Translations under genes and position numbers: made by a program | NCBI GenBank assembly: GCA_030141605.1 | Contig: JAQGDQ010000705.1 | Location: 1 to 64,000 of the forward strand | DNA length: 64,000 nucleotides | From: Tubiluchus corallicola | Taxonomy: Eukaryota > Animalia > Priapulida | Direction: 5' to 3' | The notes under the pieces: generated by a model | Databases searched by the model: none | Told to the model about the DNA's origin: nothing | What the model saw: the letters and a program-made list of their open reading frames with translations, nothing else | Part shown: piece by piece, positions 1 through 11,196 of the stretch | Position numbering within the stretch: the stretch's first letter is position 1 | How the letters are laid out: every line of letters begins with the position of its first letter

Positions 1-73
1 CAGACCCGCTCTAATCTATGGGCTGGAAGCAACTCTGGGTTTATAAACTATTAATTTAATTTCTAGAAACAAC

Positions 74-829
74 ACAATAATCTAAACAACCAGTGAAGAT
101 GTAAACAAACGTAAACAATAATCTAAACAACCAGTGAAGATGTAAACAAACGTAAACAATAATCTAAACAACCAGTGAAGATGTAAACAAACGTAAACAA
201 TAATCTAAACAACCAGTGAAGATGTAAACAAACGTAAACAATAATCTAAACAACCAGCGAAGATGTAAACAAATGTAAACAATAATCTAAACAACCAGCG
301 AAGATGTAAACAAATGTAAACAATAATCTAAACAACCAGTCAAGCTGTAAACAAACGTAAACAATAATCTAAACAACCAGTGAAGATGTAAACAAATGTA
401 AACAATAATCTAAACAACCAGTGAAGATGTAAACAAACGTAAACAATAATCTAAACAACCAGTGAAGATGTAAACAAACGTAAACAATAATCTAAACAAC
501 CAGCGAAGCTGTAAACAAATGTAAACAATAATCTAAACAACCAGTGAAGATGTAAACAAATGTAAACAATAATCTAAACAACCAGTGAAGATGTAAACAA
601 ATGTAAACAATAATCTAAACAACCAGCGAAGATGTAAACAAACGTAAACAATAATCTAAACAACCAGCGAAGATGTAAACAAATGTAAACAATAATCTAA
701 ACAACCAGTCAAGCTGTAAACAAACGTAAACAATAATCTAAACAACCAGCGAAGATGTAAACAAACGTAAACAATAATCTAAACAACCAGTCAAGCTGTA
801 AACAAATGTAAACAATAATCTAAACAACC
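74..829. repeat. 41-bp minisatellite, ~18 copies, in an AK2 intron
   Basis: Unit CAATAATCTAAACAACCAG(T/C)GAAGATGTAAACAAA(C/T)GTAAA; TCTAAACAAC recurs at 81, 122 and so on (period 41), with few variant positions. Confidence 0.97.
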
Positions 830-912
830 CAGTTTCCTCCAAAGTTATCTATTACTACGGCATCATTTAAAGTGGCTACAAATGAACAATGAATTATTGT
901 TAGGTTAATTAC

Positions 913-3900
913 CTTTACTGCTTGTTCTAGATTGCGAGGGAAGCCATCCAGCAAGAAGCCATTTTTACAATGCGGTTTATCCAGGTGATCATCAATCATA
1001 TCAATGACAAGTTCATCACTGACTAGTAAACCAGAATCCATTTGTTCCTGTAAGTGTAAAATTCACTCTTATTAGTTCCATTTTAGCATCTCAACCAACT
1101 AACCTTTGATTCAAGTATCAAGTTCATTGCTAACGAGTAATTGTCTATATTGGAAAAGAAGCAGGCTGCTCAACACCTACCTCACAATAACTACCCCACA
1201 ACTTCTTTACCATTGAAACCCTCCTATAAATACCACAGATAAGATACAGACCCAGAGAGCATGAGAGGTTATCTCAATCACTTGCAATTTTTCCTAGCAT
1301 GAGAGGTTATCTCAATCACTTGCAATTTTTCCTAGCATGAGAGGTTATCTCAATCACTTGCAATTTTTCCTAACATGAGAGGTTATCTCAATCACTTGCA
1401 ATTTTTCCTAACATGCGAGGTTATCTCAATCACTTGCAATTTTTCCTAACATGAGAGGCTATCTCAATCACTTGCAATTTTTCCTAACATGAGAGGTTAT
1501 CTCAATCACTTGCAATTTCTCCTAACATGCGAGGTTATCTCAAACACTTGCAATTTCTCCTAACATGCGAGGTTATCTCAATCACTTGCAATTTTTCCTA
1601 ACATGCGAGGCTATCTCAATCACTTGCAATTTTTCCTAACATGCGAGGTTATCTCAATCACTTGCAATTTTTCCTAACATGAAAGGTTATCTCAATCACT
1701 TGGTGATGAGTACTATGAGTTAATGAGAATGTCTAAGATGCTGCTGAAGATGTGATAGACATTTATAAGAGCAGATTTTATCAGCAGCTTCTGGTTAGCT
1801 TAGTTGATGTTTAAATCTGCAAGGAATAATAAAAATTCTTCCTTCATTTTATATATGATGCAGACCTGCAAACTTTAGAAGCAGTAAAACACTCTCTTGA
1901 CTCCTGTCTGCTACATCTTAAACTAGACTTGCTTGCAGTTTATAGTCGATGTTTTAACTAGAATAATTAAAAACACTGCAATACAACATTATAAACCTAC
2001 TTTAATCTTTCTCCCAAGACGAGAGCCAGATGCGACGGTGCTGCGTAACATGTCACCTGTAGACAGATGACAAGAACAGTATTTCTCAGCTAACCATGGA
2101 GCCTGGAAATAAGTGAATAATTTTAGTTATTCACGCTGTAGGTTGCTGTCGAGCGCACAAGATCACCGGTGAAAAAGCCAACATAAAAACCAGCATATAA
2201 AAAGGCATAAATTGCAGCAGTATATGCAGTCAAACTTAATTCGGCAAAATTCATTAACAGCCAGAAATATATATATAAAATTATGTTATCTTTGCAACAC
2301 TTTGCTTTACTTTGATAAATTATCCAGCAAGCCTTTAAACAGTTCCAGCGATTGATGATGATCGTGAAAAGGTCAAAGGTTAAGTGTATCAGACAATACA
2401 CTTGTGTACACTTGACAATGCCTCGCAGCCCGTGCTGTTGTAATAGTAACAGTTTTAACAGCTAGAACCTTACCTAGTTCACTTTTTCTTGTTCCCAAGC
2501 AAGATCCTAAGAGTAAATCACTCTATGCACAGACTAATGCATAATAATTAAGTAAAGTCCATGTAAAACAACTGAAATTACTAAACTGATGCTTGACCCG
2601 CAAGTCACGTGATGGTTGTAGTTAAGACATGCTGCTGTGGTATGCTTAAGCTTTGACCTACAGAAACTGCGCATGCACACAACGAAACTGAAGAGTCTTA
2701 TTATTAGAAACATGTGGCTAAAACTTCACCGCCACATGGCTATGCGGATGTAACACAAAACAAAATAAATAACCGAATTTTTTTTTATAACTTCACAACT
2801 TTTGTTTCTCCTACACAATCTGCAATAATGAATATGTCCTAAGAAATGCTGTAATCCAAACATTTAAAACCATTAACTACAGTCATATAGAAGCTATAAT
2901 TTATTCAGTAGTTTGTGTTTTATAATTATACAAAATAAATTTGCGGTACAATGTGTTTCTAATATAAACATGTTTTGAATTCCTTCAACAGTTATGAAAT
3001 CTTCTGAGAAGAGCAACAAAAAGTGCAATTATGAGTGGCAGAAACCTGATCACTAACAAAGCATTTATGAAGTTAATACAATGTTAATGAGCACAATGTC
3101 TACAGTTTATTAAGTCTTATACTTTAAATGCAATTTGAAGCGCTAAAGGAGAAAAACCAGGTGGTCTACTCTGTTTAACAGCCATTAAAGGTTACTATAT
3201 TTTCAATTAACCTGTAAACTAGCATGTATTTTATTTGTTTGCCTCTGCTAAATAGCTTTGAGGTCAAATATATTAGTTTGCTACTGTTTTCAATTTCTAC
3301 TTTGCTCTAAACATGAACTTCCAATTTGTTTCACTTGTTTATTAGTGTGTTGTTTCTCAGTAGCGATACGTTAGTAACGTCTCTCCACTGTCCACACCAC
3401 TCACCTTCCTCTCGTTACTGTTGGAACGCACTTGAAAAAATCTAAAGCTCCCTAGCTTTATATATCTTAATGAACACTAACTGCAACCCACGTTGAGCTG
3501 GCAGAGTTCAATTATTGACATGGCATCACAATTCTAGACAGCAACATTTGCCTGGATTGCAAAAAGTCTAAAGTTTGAAACGTGGACCACAAAAGAACTT
3601 TATGGACTTTCTCACTGTATGTTTATTTATCACACATCATCACTTTTTGCTCAGTTGGTTCCTTCAGTTTATATTTTCTGTGCTTATTTTAGTTTTCAAT
3701 TCCTATGTATGCTTATTTTATATCCGTTATTATTAACTGAGATTTTACACGCTTTATCAATTTCAAAAATATCATAAAATTATAAATTTCTTTAATCAAG
3801 CAACATTTTATAAAAGTGCAAGCATTAGTAATAAGGAACATGAACGTGCTTGTAATGTCAGTAAAATGTGTTGATTCGTTTTTCCGAATGTGATTGGCAC

Positions 3901-4370
3901 CAAGTTGGAAACAGTGCTTGAGAAAAATTGAAGAAAGACCCGACTTCCTTCAATCCAATATATATTACCATTGCCATTGCCATTACCATCAAAACATAAA
4001 AATTAAGCACAATAGCTTATAAAGCTCTCCAATCTTTCTTGTCTTGGATTGTCTTTCTAGTATGTCACGACGAAATCAGGCATATTAATTATTAATATTA
4101 TAGTCACATTTATAATGCTTGAACTTTGTTGGAAGGCAGCTTATTTCACTCATGAATTACTCGTGTTTCAAACAGTGTGCGATACAATTTGTACAGACCC
4201 ATGACACGCATTCTACTTAAGTACAGTAGTTAGTACTAGACCAAAGCTAGAACTGCAACTAAAAATACCTGAGTTCCCTTTCCTGCACCTGGAGGTCCAA
4301 GTAAGATGGCATTGATTCCTTGTGGTCGGTCCAAATCACGGGCTGGTTGAGCTTTTGGTACAGGAGCCAT
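913..4370 (-). CDS. AK2: Adenylate kinase 2 (mitochondrial), first three coding exons; the rest lies left of the window
   Basis: Exons 4370-4269 (MAPVPKAQ...[18 protein letters not shown]-loop), 2102-2001 ([20 protein letters not shown]...GRKIK) and 1047-913 ([18 protein letters not shown]...[19 protein letters not shown]). All junctions are phase-0 GT-AG. Confidence 0.95.
1260..1702. repeat. 38-bp minisatellite, ~11.5 copies, in AK2 intron 2
   Basis: Unit CATG(A/C)GAGGTTATCTCAATCACTTGCAATTTTTCCTA(G/A), starting at 1260, 1298 and so on. Confidence 0.97.
2320..2700. repeat. Interspersed repeat, copy A; reverse-complement copy at ~42370-42745; unclassified
   Basis: TTCTTGTTCCCAAGCAAGATCCT, GTAACAGTTTTAACAGCTAGA and TAAGTAAAGTCCATGT all recur reverse-complemented and collinearly in the last STOML2 intron. 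Confidence 0.8.
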
Positions 4371-4870
4371 TCAAGCGCGCGTCTCTTACAATACTTACTT
4401 AATTAAGCCTCACTCAATCGACTAAATATATTGTATCGGCAACTTTCAAGATCCGGCCTAACACAACTTGTAATTTTATCACAAAACTGTATCGTTTACA
4501 CACGCGACACAAAAACTGATACTTGGAAATGGGTTGGCAGGTCGGACAAATCTATTTTTCCTAGATACATTAACTGGCACAAGGACAGACTATAACTGGA
4601 ATCCGGTTCCCGACCTACACTTACATAATTGATGGACTGCTGTGGGCGGAGTCTCGCTAATGGCGATTTCTCGACGCGCTGTGACGCACAGCTCTCACTC
4701 TGCTGAAAAACTCATTTAACCCGATTTATTGTAACGTATTATAGCAAAGCCAGAAGCCCAGCGTTTAGTACTTTATAATAGCGTGCAGTAGATTGGACAT
4801 AGCTGAAAATTTGTGCATGCAGAGGCATCATGTATATATCTATCACAGATATAGGTTGAGTTAATTTCAG
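4371..4870. promoter_or_regulatory. Probable bidirectional promoter and 5' UTR region shared by AK2 and LDAH
   Basis: CpG-rich patch with a GC box GGGCGGAG (4644-4651) and a YY1-like AATGGCG (4659-4665). A strong + strand donor CAG|GTAAGG at 4870/4871 and an acceptor TTTACAG| at 6457 suggest a non-coding LDAH exon 1. Confidence 0.5.
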
Positions 4871-6520
4871 GTAAGGTCTACTTGATTAAAACAAGTTATG
4901 CTCTGACAGTAGGGGCGAGCATTCGAACTTAAATTATACATACAAATATTTCAGCACTTTAGCCATGCATGTCATTTATTATTAAATAATAATATTAAAA
5001 TAATTAAGACTATAATAACTTTGCAATGTAAAATTAGTAAACTGTTGTGTTTTGTTTCTCTCGGACAGCTCGTAGAGAAAACCAGAAAACACGTCATCAA
5101 ATTAAACAAGTTTATTATGCGAGAATTCTACAACACAAAAGTATGAAGGAATGCAAAATGTGTATAGTCAAGTGATAATTTGGAAACGTGAAAGCGAGAA
5201 TCTGAGATTAATCTGGGAATACGAGATTAAACTCAAGCGGCCAGCTCTGCCTTATATATCAGTGCAAATGAACAATCTAGAAACTACTATGCACATCATG
5301 TATAGAAAGTTCTTGAGTCTTCTAGAAGGTAAAAAAGATTGTTCTACTATACTATAGAATATTCCAGATCTCCACAACATAAACCTTGTCAAAATCTTTT
5401 TGATATCGTTCAATAAGATTAAAAGGTATTTTGAAGTGTCTTTTACTGCACTAAAAACCATTATGGATCATAAAATCAAAAAGAAAAAAGAATCTTGATG
5501 CTGAATAATTGCTTATGCATAGTATGAGTGGGCCTATAGATATGAGTTTAACCTTTAGCACCACAAAATAAACGATAAAAAGGGGATCCTGTTATCTTGT
5601 TTTTTTCTGAGTATATAACATAATTATTGGCATCCAGTTAAAGACTGGTAGTCACTCATACATCGATAACAGCGAGCTTGTAGGTAGCCGTCATAGAGTT
5701 GGAAAAAGTCTTACTGGTAGCCGTAGCAACAAGACCCGTATACACCAGCTCCAAGATCTGTCATATTGGAGGTGTTTTAACATGACCTGTCACCAGATAA
5801 GGATTAATGCTGAAGTGTTTAAATTGATCCTTAGAAATAAATCCACTTGGGGCATTGCGGCGAGCAGGGAGTCCTGGCATAGGGAGGTGAGCAAAATCAT
5901 GTCCGTGGACGTACGATTCATTGGATGATGATGTAACCAGATAATGATGACACCTGCCCCATACCCTGACGAAAAAACGGGTATACATGATTATATGTGT
6001 ATATATTAACCTAACATATATATAGAGTTGTTTAAACTTACACAGTTGACAGTCATTCTTTACACTGCTACACCACCATTGTAAGACTGGCTAATAGATC
6101 TATACGGAATCTATCCAGCATTCAATGCCAGGGCCTACTTAGTAGGCTTAGTACTACACTTGTTTTTGACATAACTGAAGCCTGGCTTGTTGTCAATGTA
6201 ACGCTTTAAGATGAGCCACTGAACCAGCACAAGTGCCTTGCACATTTTCACGTGTATATTAATTGTCTCTCGGGGGTGAAACTGCCTGAGCGTTATTGAA
6301 CGCAGGCGGCTGTGGGCCGTTTACTGACCTGGTTCAGTGTGGCTTAATTTTGGTTGTGAAGTATGTACCTGTGACCACATGACTTTTCAACCCACTTTGC
6401 TGCTATGGTTTATACCTTGTAATGTAATACATTAGGTAATTATTTTATTTTTTACAGACGAGCTTCTATCCTTTTCTAGTCAAAAGTTGAATAGACTTAA
6501 ATGTACAGCTCACGAGTAAG

Positions 6521-9050
6521 ATGGATACAGCATGTAAGACGTCCGAAAAAGATTTTCAATATACCGTAGTTGACGTATGTGGATTTCCAACACAATTACT
6601 GCAATGTGGAAATAATTTAGAAGCAAAAAACAACCATACTCTCATTCTTATAATTCCAGGTAATACTATTTTTATTGTAACACAGGTGAAAAAGCAAAAG
6701 TGGTAAAGATGTGTTACCAGCTGGCTTTGTTAAGTGAATTTTACTTTTGTTCACATGTGAACTTGTTTCCACATAAAAATAGTAAAAATTATCTAAACAA
6801 TGTAATCAGAAAAACCTGTCTTTATAGAGCCCGGTTCCCAACCTTTTGGTCTCCCCTAATTTTTTTACAAGTGCTATCTCCTGTTACCCCTTTGCTTTTC
6901 TTAAGCAAAATGAAGAACCAACACTGACGTCATGAGTTTTTTTTATTATATATGTTATACGTATTTCTCCAATCAAGCGCACTAAATGAGAGTTAATGAG
7001 ATGGCTGCTGTTGCGTAGCAGACGCTTACTTTTTGAATCACTGTTCAGTTTTTGACAGACTGACTTCCATGTGTCCGCAGATGTCAAGACGGTTTCAAGG
7101 TTTTGTCTTGATTGTCGCCATCGTTGAAAAGCTATCTTCACGGAGGTAGCTGCTTACAAACGTAGTAGTCGGATAGACCTACCGAGCCAGGTAGGTCTCA
7201 CAGATCTACTGAATGCACCATTCGGTTACTGGTGTTGTTTCTAGGAGGCGCTTCAGTTGTCTGAATCACCCGCAGATTATTATATAACATTACTTTTCTA
7301 AAATTGTCTAATAGGCTTCTCAGGCACCCCTTATGGTGTTTGCTGGTACCTCAAGGGGTACTAGGACCACAGGTTTGGAACCGAGGCCTATAGAGGAACA
7401 AGCAGATTTTTGCAGATTGAGAAAACGCTGCAGAATGGTTTAAAATCTTTCTGACTGTCTTCCAGTTCTGATTTCCATTGAAAATTTAAGTCGGTGATTC
7501 TAGTCTTTTTAGCTGATCATAGACAGTGACCTCGATTAATTGCATTTCCACGTGCCAATGGTTTGAGTTACTACATTAATATAAAGAAAAAAATCTAAAA
7601 AAATGATATAATTAAAAGGATGTATTTGGTTTTATGCTGGTTTTAGGTAACCCTGGCATTATCCAGTACTATGAACCGTTTATGCTGCACCTGTACCACC
7701 GCTTGGACAAAGAGACACCTGTACATGGGATATCTCATGCTGGACATGTTTCACTACTTACTTCCAATTACAAAACTACATCAGGTAAAAATCTTTTTCA
7801 ATGAAAAATCAAGTATCTATACATTGTTCTGAGAATAAAATTTTTGTTTACAAGCTGCAGCTTGCAAGTGAGAGAATTTAGTAGATTATAGTCCTCTGAC
7901 AGGACACATTATTAGTTATTACATATGTACTTCATTTGTACATCAAAAACATAAATATATATACGTACTATGTAGCATGATCAGTTTATAATGTTAATGA
8001 CTGCATTCATTTTTCTTCTGTGCTATTATACAGTATTTCTAAAATGTTGAAGAAGAGTCAGTCTTGTGTGCAGTTCAGTCATTTTCATTATAATCAAATT
8101 TCATTTTACCTCCTCCATTTTAACACCAAACTTGCTTACCACTTGAAAACTTGAAAAATGGCACAGAACAAAATGCTGTATTTAAATGTACCAAAATTGT
8201 ACCAAAAATTTAGTTGAATTGAAAAAATGCATTGTTTACAGAACTGAAAATTATAAAGTGTTGAAGACTCTTTACGGTTTTGTAAGTTTATATATGTAAG
8301 AAATTGTCATAATGTTTCAGAATTTTCAATTCTTAATTTTTTTACATTTGATCCGACCTTTATGATCGCATTTTTACAGTTGCTGATATCTACAGCTTAT
8401 CCGGTCAAGTTGAGCATAAAATCAGTTTCATTAAACGGCACATTCCTGCAACTACGAAACTTATTTTGGTCGGTCACTCGATAGGGGCATACATTGTGTT
8501 GGAAATCATGAAAAATTTACCTGATCACAACATCTGCAAGGGATTTCTGCTATTTCCAACCATAGAGAGACTGGCAGAAAGTCCTCAGGGTGTCTATGCC
8601 ACACCCTTGGCACGTTATTTACGTTGGATTACATATCCAATCATGTTTTTCATTTCTTCACTACCAAGTGAACTGCATCGAAGGTTGATCAGTTGGTACT
8701 TTAAGGGAAGAGGAGTCGCTGATTCAGCCATAGCCGCAACATTAAACCTAGCCGATCACAGCGTTTTCCAAAATGTAGCGTATATGGGACATACGGAAAT
8801 GCAGTCTGTGGTTGATCCTGATGTTGAGACCATAGAGAAAAACTTGGATAAATTGTTGTTTTATTACGGCATAGATGACCAATGGTGTCCTGTTAGTTAT
8901 TACGAGGATATGAAAGCGAAGTTTCCGCGGGGTGATATTAGATTGTGTGATGAGGGTTTTGCTCACGCGTTTGTATTGGAACATGGACCTCAGCTGGCTG
9001 ATAAGCTGCTGACTTGGTTTACCCAAGAGTTGCAGAAAATTGAACATTGA
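6521..9050 (+). CDS. LDAH: Lipid droplet-associated serine hydrolase (alpha/beta hydrolase, C2orf43 family)
   Basis: Exons 6521-6659, 7647-7784 and 8380-9050. The spliced protein has IIPGNPG..YY..F, GISHAGH, the GHSIG nucleophile elbow, LLFPTIER, FYYG.DDQWCP and HAFVL. Confidence 0.93.
6829..7387 (-). mobile_element. Internally deleted non-autonomous hAT (Buster/Charlie-like) element in a LDAH intron
   Basis: Imperfect TIRs CGGTTCCCAACCT / AGGTTTGGAACCG, with TATAGA(G) flanking both sides as a TSD-like sequence. The minus strand ~7160-6993 reads FVSSYLREDSFSTMATIKTKP*NRLD...VSLSKTEQ*FKK*...QQQPSH*, a hAT transposase C-terminus. Confidence 0.8.
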
Positions 9051-9225
9051 CATTATGATAGCATGTCGTAATTTGCTCTTCTGTGATCTAGATAACTGTG
9101 ATAGATGTAAGAAGGAGCTTCATCTTCTAAAAGAAAGAAATGTGATTAAAGTTTTTTGTCGTGCAAAGAAACCAAGATGACATTTTTTAGTAATAGTTAA
9201 AAACAACAAAACTTTATTAAAAACT

Positions 9226-9644
9226 TTTACAATAAAAAGTTAAAATCCTGCCAAATGTTTCGACTACCTGCTGCTGTCATCATTAGTGGTAAATTTACAA
9301 ACATACAACCAGTTTATATAAGAGCCTATTATGCACTAATTAACTAGTTAACAGAAGCCAAATAGATAATGACTAAATAGACCAATAAAGAAATTGATAC
9401 AGCAACTTAAGCATTTATTATGTATTTACAGAAGCCAAATAGGTAATGAATGAATAGACCAGTAGAAAAGAAATTGTTGTGTTTGGTGTGTTTATTCATT
9501 ACCTATGTGGCTTTGTTAACTATTTAATTAGTGCATAATAGGCTCTGCCTACATAAACTAGTTATTTATTTGTAAATTTACCACTGAGGATGAAAGCAGC
9601 AGGTAGTCGAAACGTTTGGCAGGATTTTAACTTTTTATTGTAAA
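9226..9644. repeat. Long imperfect inverted repeat with a hammerhead-like motif in each arm; probable Penelope-like element remnant
   Basis: TTTACAATAAAAAGTTAAAATCCTGCCAAATGTTTCGACTACCTGCTGCT... from 9226 is the reverse complement of ...AGCAGCAGGTAGTCGAAACGTTTGGCAGGATTTTAACTTTTTATTGTAAA ending at 9644. Confidence 0.9.
9581..9620 (+). ncRNA. Minimal type-I hammerhead ribozyme-like motif, possibly inactive
   Basis: CCA-CUGAGGA-U-GAAAGCAGCAGGUAGUC-GAAA-CGUU-UGG. It has the CUGANGA and GAAA cores, stem I CCA/UGG and a palindromic ACGU stem III. The mirror copy lies on the minus strand at 9250-9289. Confidence 0.55.
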
Positions 9645-10568
9645 CGTGTTTTTAACCGTAAATGTTTCTATGTGCCTGTAATAAAAATTAATGAATAATA
9701 CTTAAATCTCATTATCGTGATGCATTTTATGATGATTATTCATAGTAGATCTTTTCATCTCCTTTGTGTAATATTTATTGAAAAACACATGAATTTGCAG
9801 CGTTTGCATTTTGTACTAAGATTAGTTTATAACAGTTACTAATCGTCTTGTCTTGTGAACAACATTATACATCAATGAAAGCAGTACTTCCTGCAAGTGA
9901 TGTATGTATAACTCTTTAAACAGCTCATGTGTGGAATTTCACTTTAGCTCAAATCTTAAATATAGTTATTAGTTATCGCTATTATTTTTACGTTGTGTAG
10001 TATGACACCTGAAAAAAAAACAAATGCTTGTATTAGTCATGGTACAGGAGGTTTGTGCCATAGTTAATTAAAGTACGGCATCTTTGAAACGAGACTCGGG
10101 TTCTGAATGTTTCAAGTTCATACAACCTCTTAAACTCTCTTTAATAATTAACTTCAGTTAATTGTATACTAGAAGCAAATTTCAAATTGGACTGCATACG
10201 TGACATGCAGCAGTAATCACTCTTCATAACAGCACTAAGTGTTGTTGTCAGGACATGGTAGGCCTGGAAGCTGTCTCATTATGGAGAATAATCCTGTAAG
10301 CTGGGAAATTCCAGCCAGTTTACTAACCTCACAATGTCAGAACATCAATGCAATTCAGTTTTATTTGCACAAATACATACAATGTACATTGGCAAAGCAA
10401 TACACCTTAAATACTACATAACCCGTTAAATACTACATAAACCATCAGCCAACCGATGGCATTGTGTGCTTAGTGAACAAAGCTAAGCATTGTCAAGCCT
10501 GGTCAGTAAGTTGTTGGATGATTTCCAGCAAACTGCTCCTAGGGATGGTTGTCTTTCTGGGGAGCACA

Positions 10569-10599
<31 letters not shown>

Positions 10600-10856
10600 T
10601 GCATGCGCGTGTGCATTCAAGCATAACTAAGATTACTATGCTTACAAGCCCAAGGTTCTTAAAAATTCCCCTCTACTCAGGAATTATTTGTGATAGTAAT
10701 TAGTTGACATCTGGCAAGCATGTTTAAAAAAAACCTGCGACAATTTTACAAAGTGCCAAAAGGAATTAGTTTATTAATTTTTATGGATTTTTTTAGCTTT
10801 ACATTTTATTTTTATTAACATGTTATTAGTTTGGCCTCATGTTTTTAATAACAATG

Positions 10857-11196
10857 GTTGGCATCCTTCTGTCTCGGAAGACAATGGAGCGTGCGCCAAG
10901 AGAGTCAGTTATTGATCACATTGATGGAGCTGCAGCGTCGACTGAGGCTGAGCAGTGCGATCCTTGAATGTCTCCAGGGCGCATGCCTGGGAAAGGTGTA
11001 TGGAGATCCTGAGTTGCCCAGACAACAGGAACCCCCTCTCTTCCTCCCTGGTGTAGTCCAAATGAAAGCGGAGCAATATGTTCGGCACCAGGTTGGCTGC
11101 CGGCGTCAGTGAGCATGCTGCACTGGTCCGCCTTCGGAGCTCCACTCTGATTTGTAAGGTTTACTCCTCTACACATGGCCGTTGGGTCACTTGACC
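10857..11196 (-). mobile_element. 5'-truncated copy of the RTE-type SINE seen at 32659-33209
   Basis: Collinear and highly similar to 32664-33025 apart from 12-nt and 9-nt deletions; it lacks the 5S head. Confidence 0.88.

Noticed and set aside
74-1702. Regular direct repeats resembling CRISPR arrays
   Set aside because: The units are head-to-tail with no unique spacers, there are no cas genes, and the context is a eukaryotic intron. These are minisatellites.
5630-5990. GC-richer block in the LDAH 5' intron with ATGATGA and CTGA (C/D-box-like) and a 75-aa ORF
   Set aside because: The boxes are too close together and lack a terminal stem, and the ORF is unrecognisable. It is probably an unclassified repeat fragment.
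10858-11112. Similar ORFs here and at 32659-32940 suggesting a duplicated small protein gene
   Set aside because: Both lie inside copies of one SINE and start at non-ATG codons. The frames survive because the indels happen to be 12 and 9 nt.
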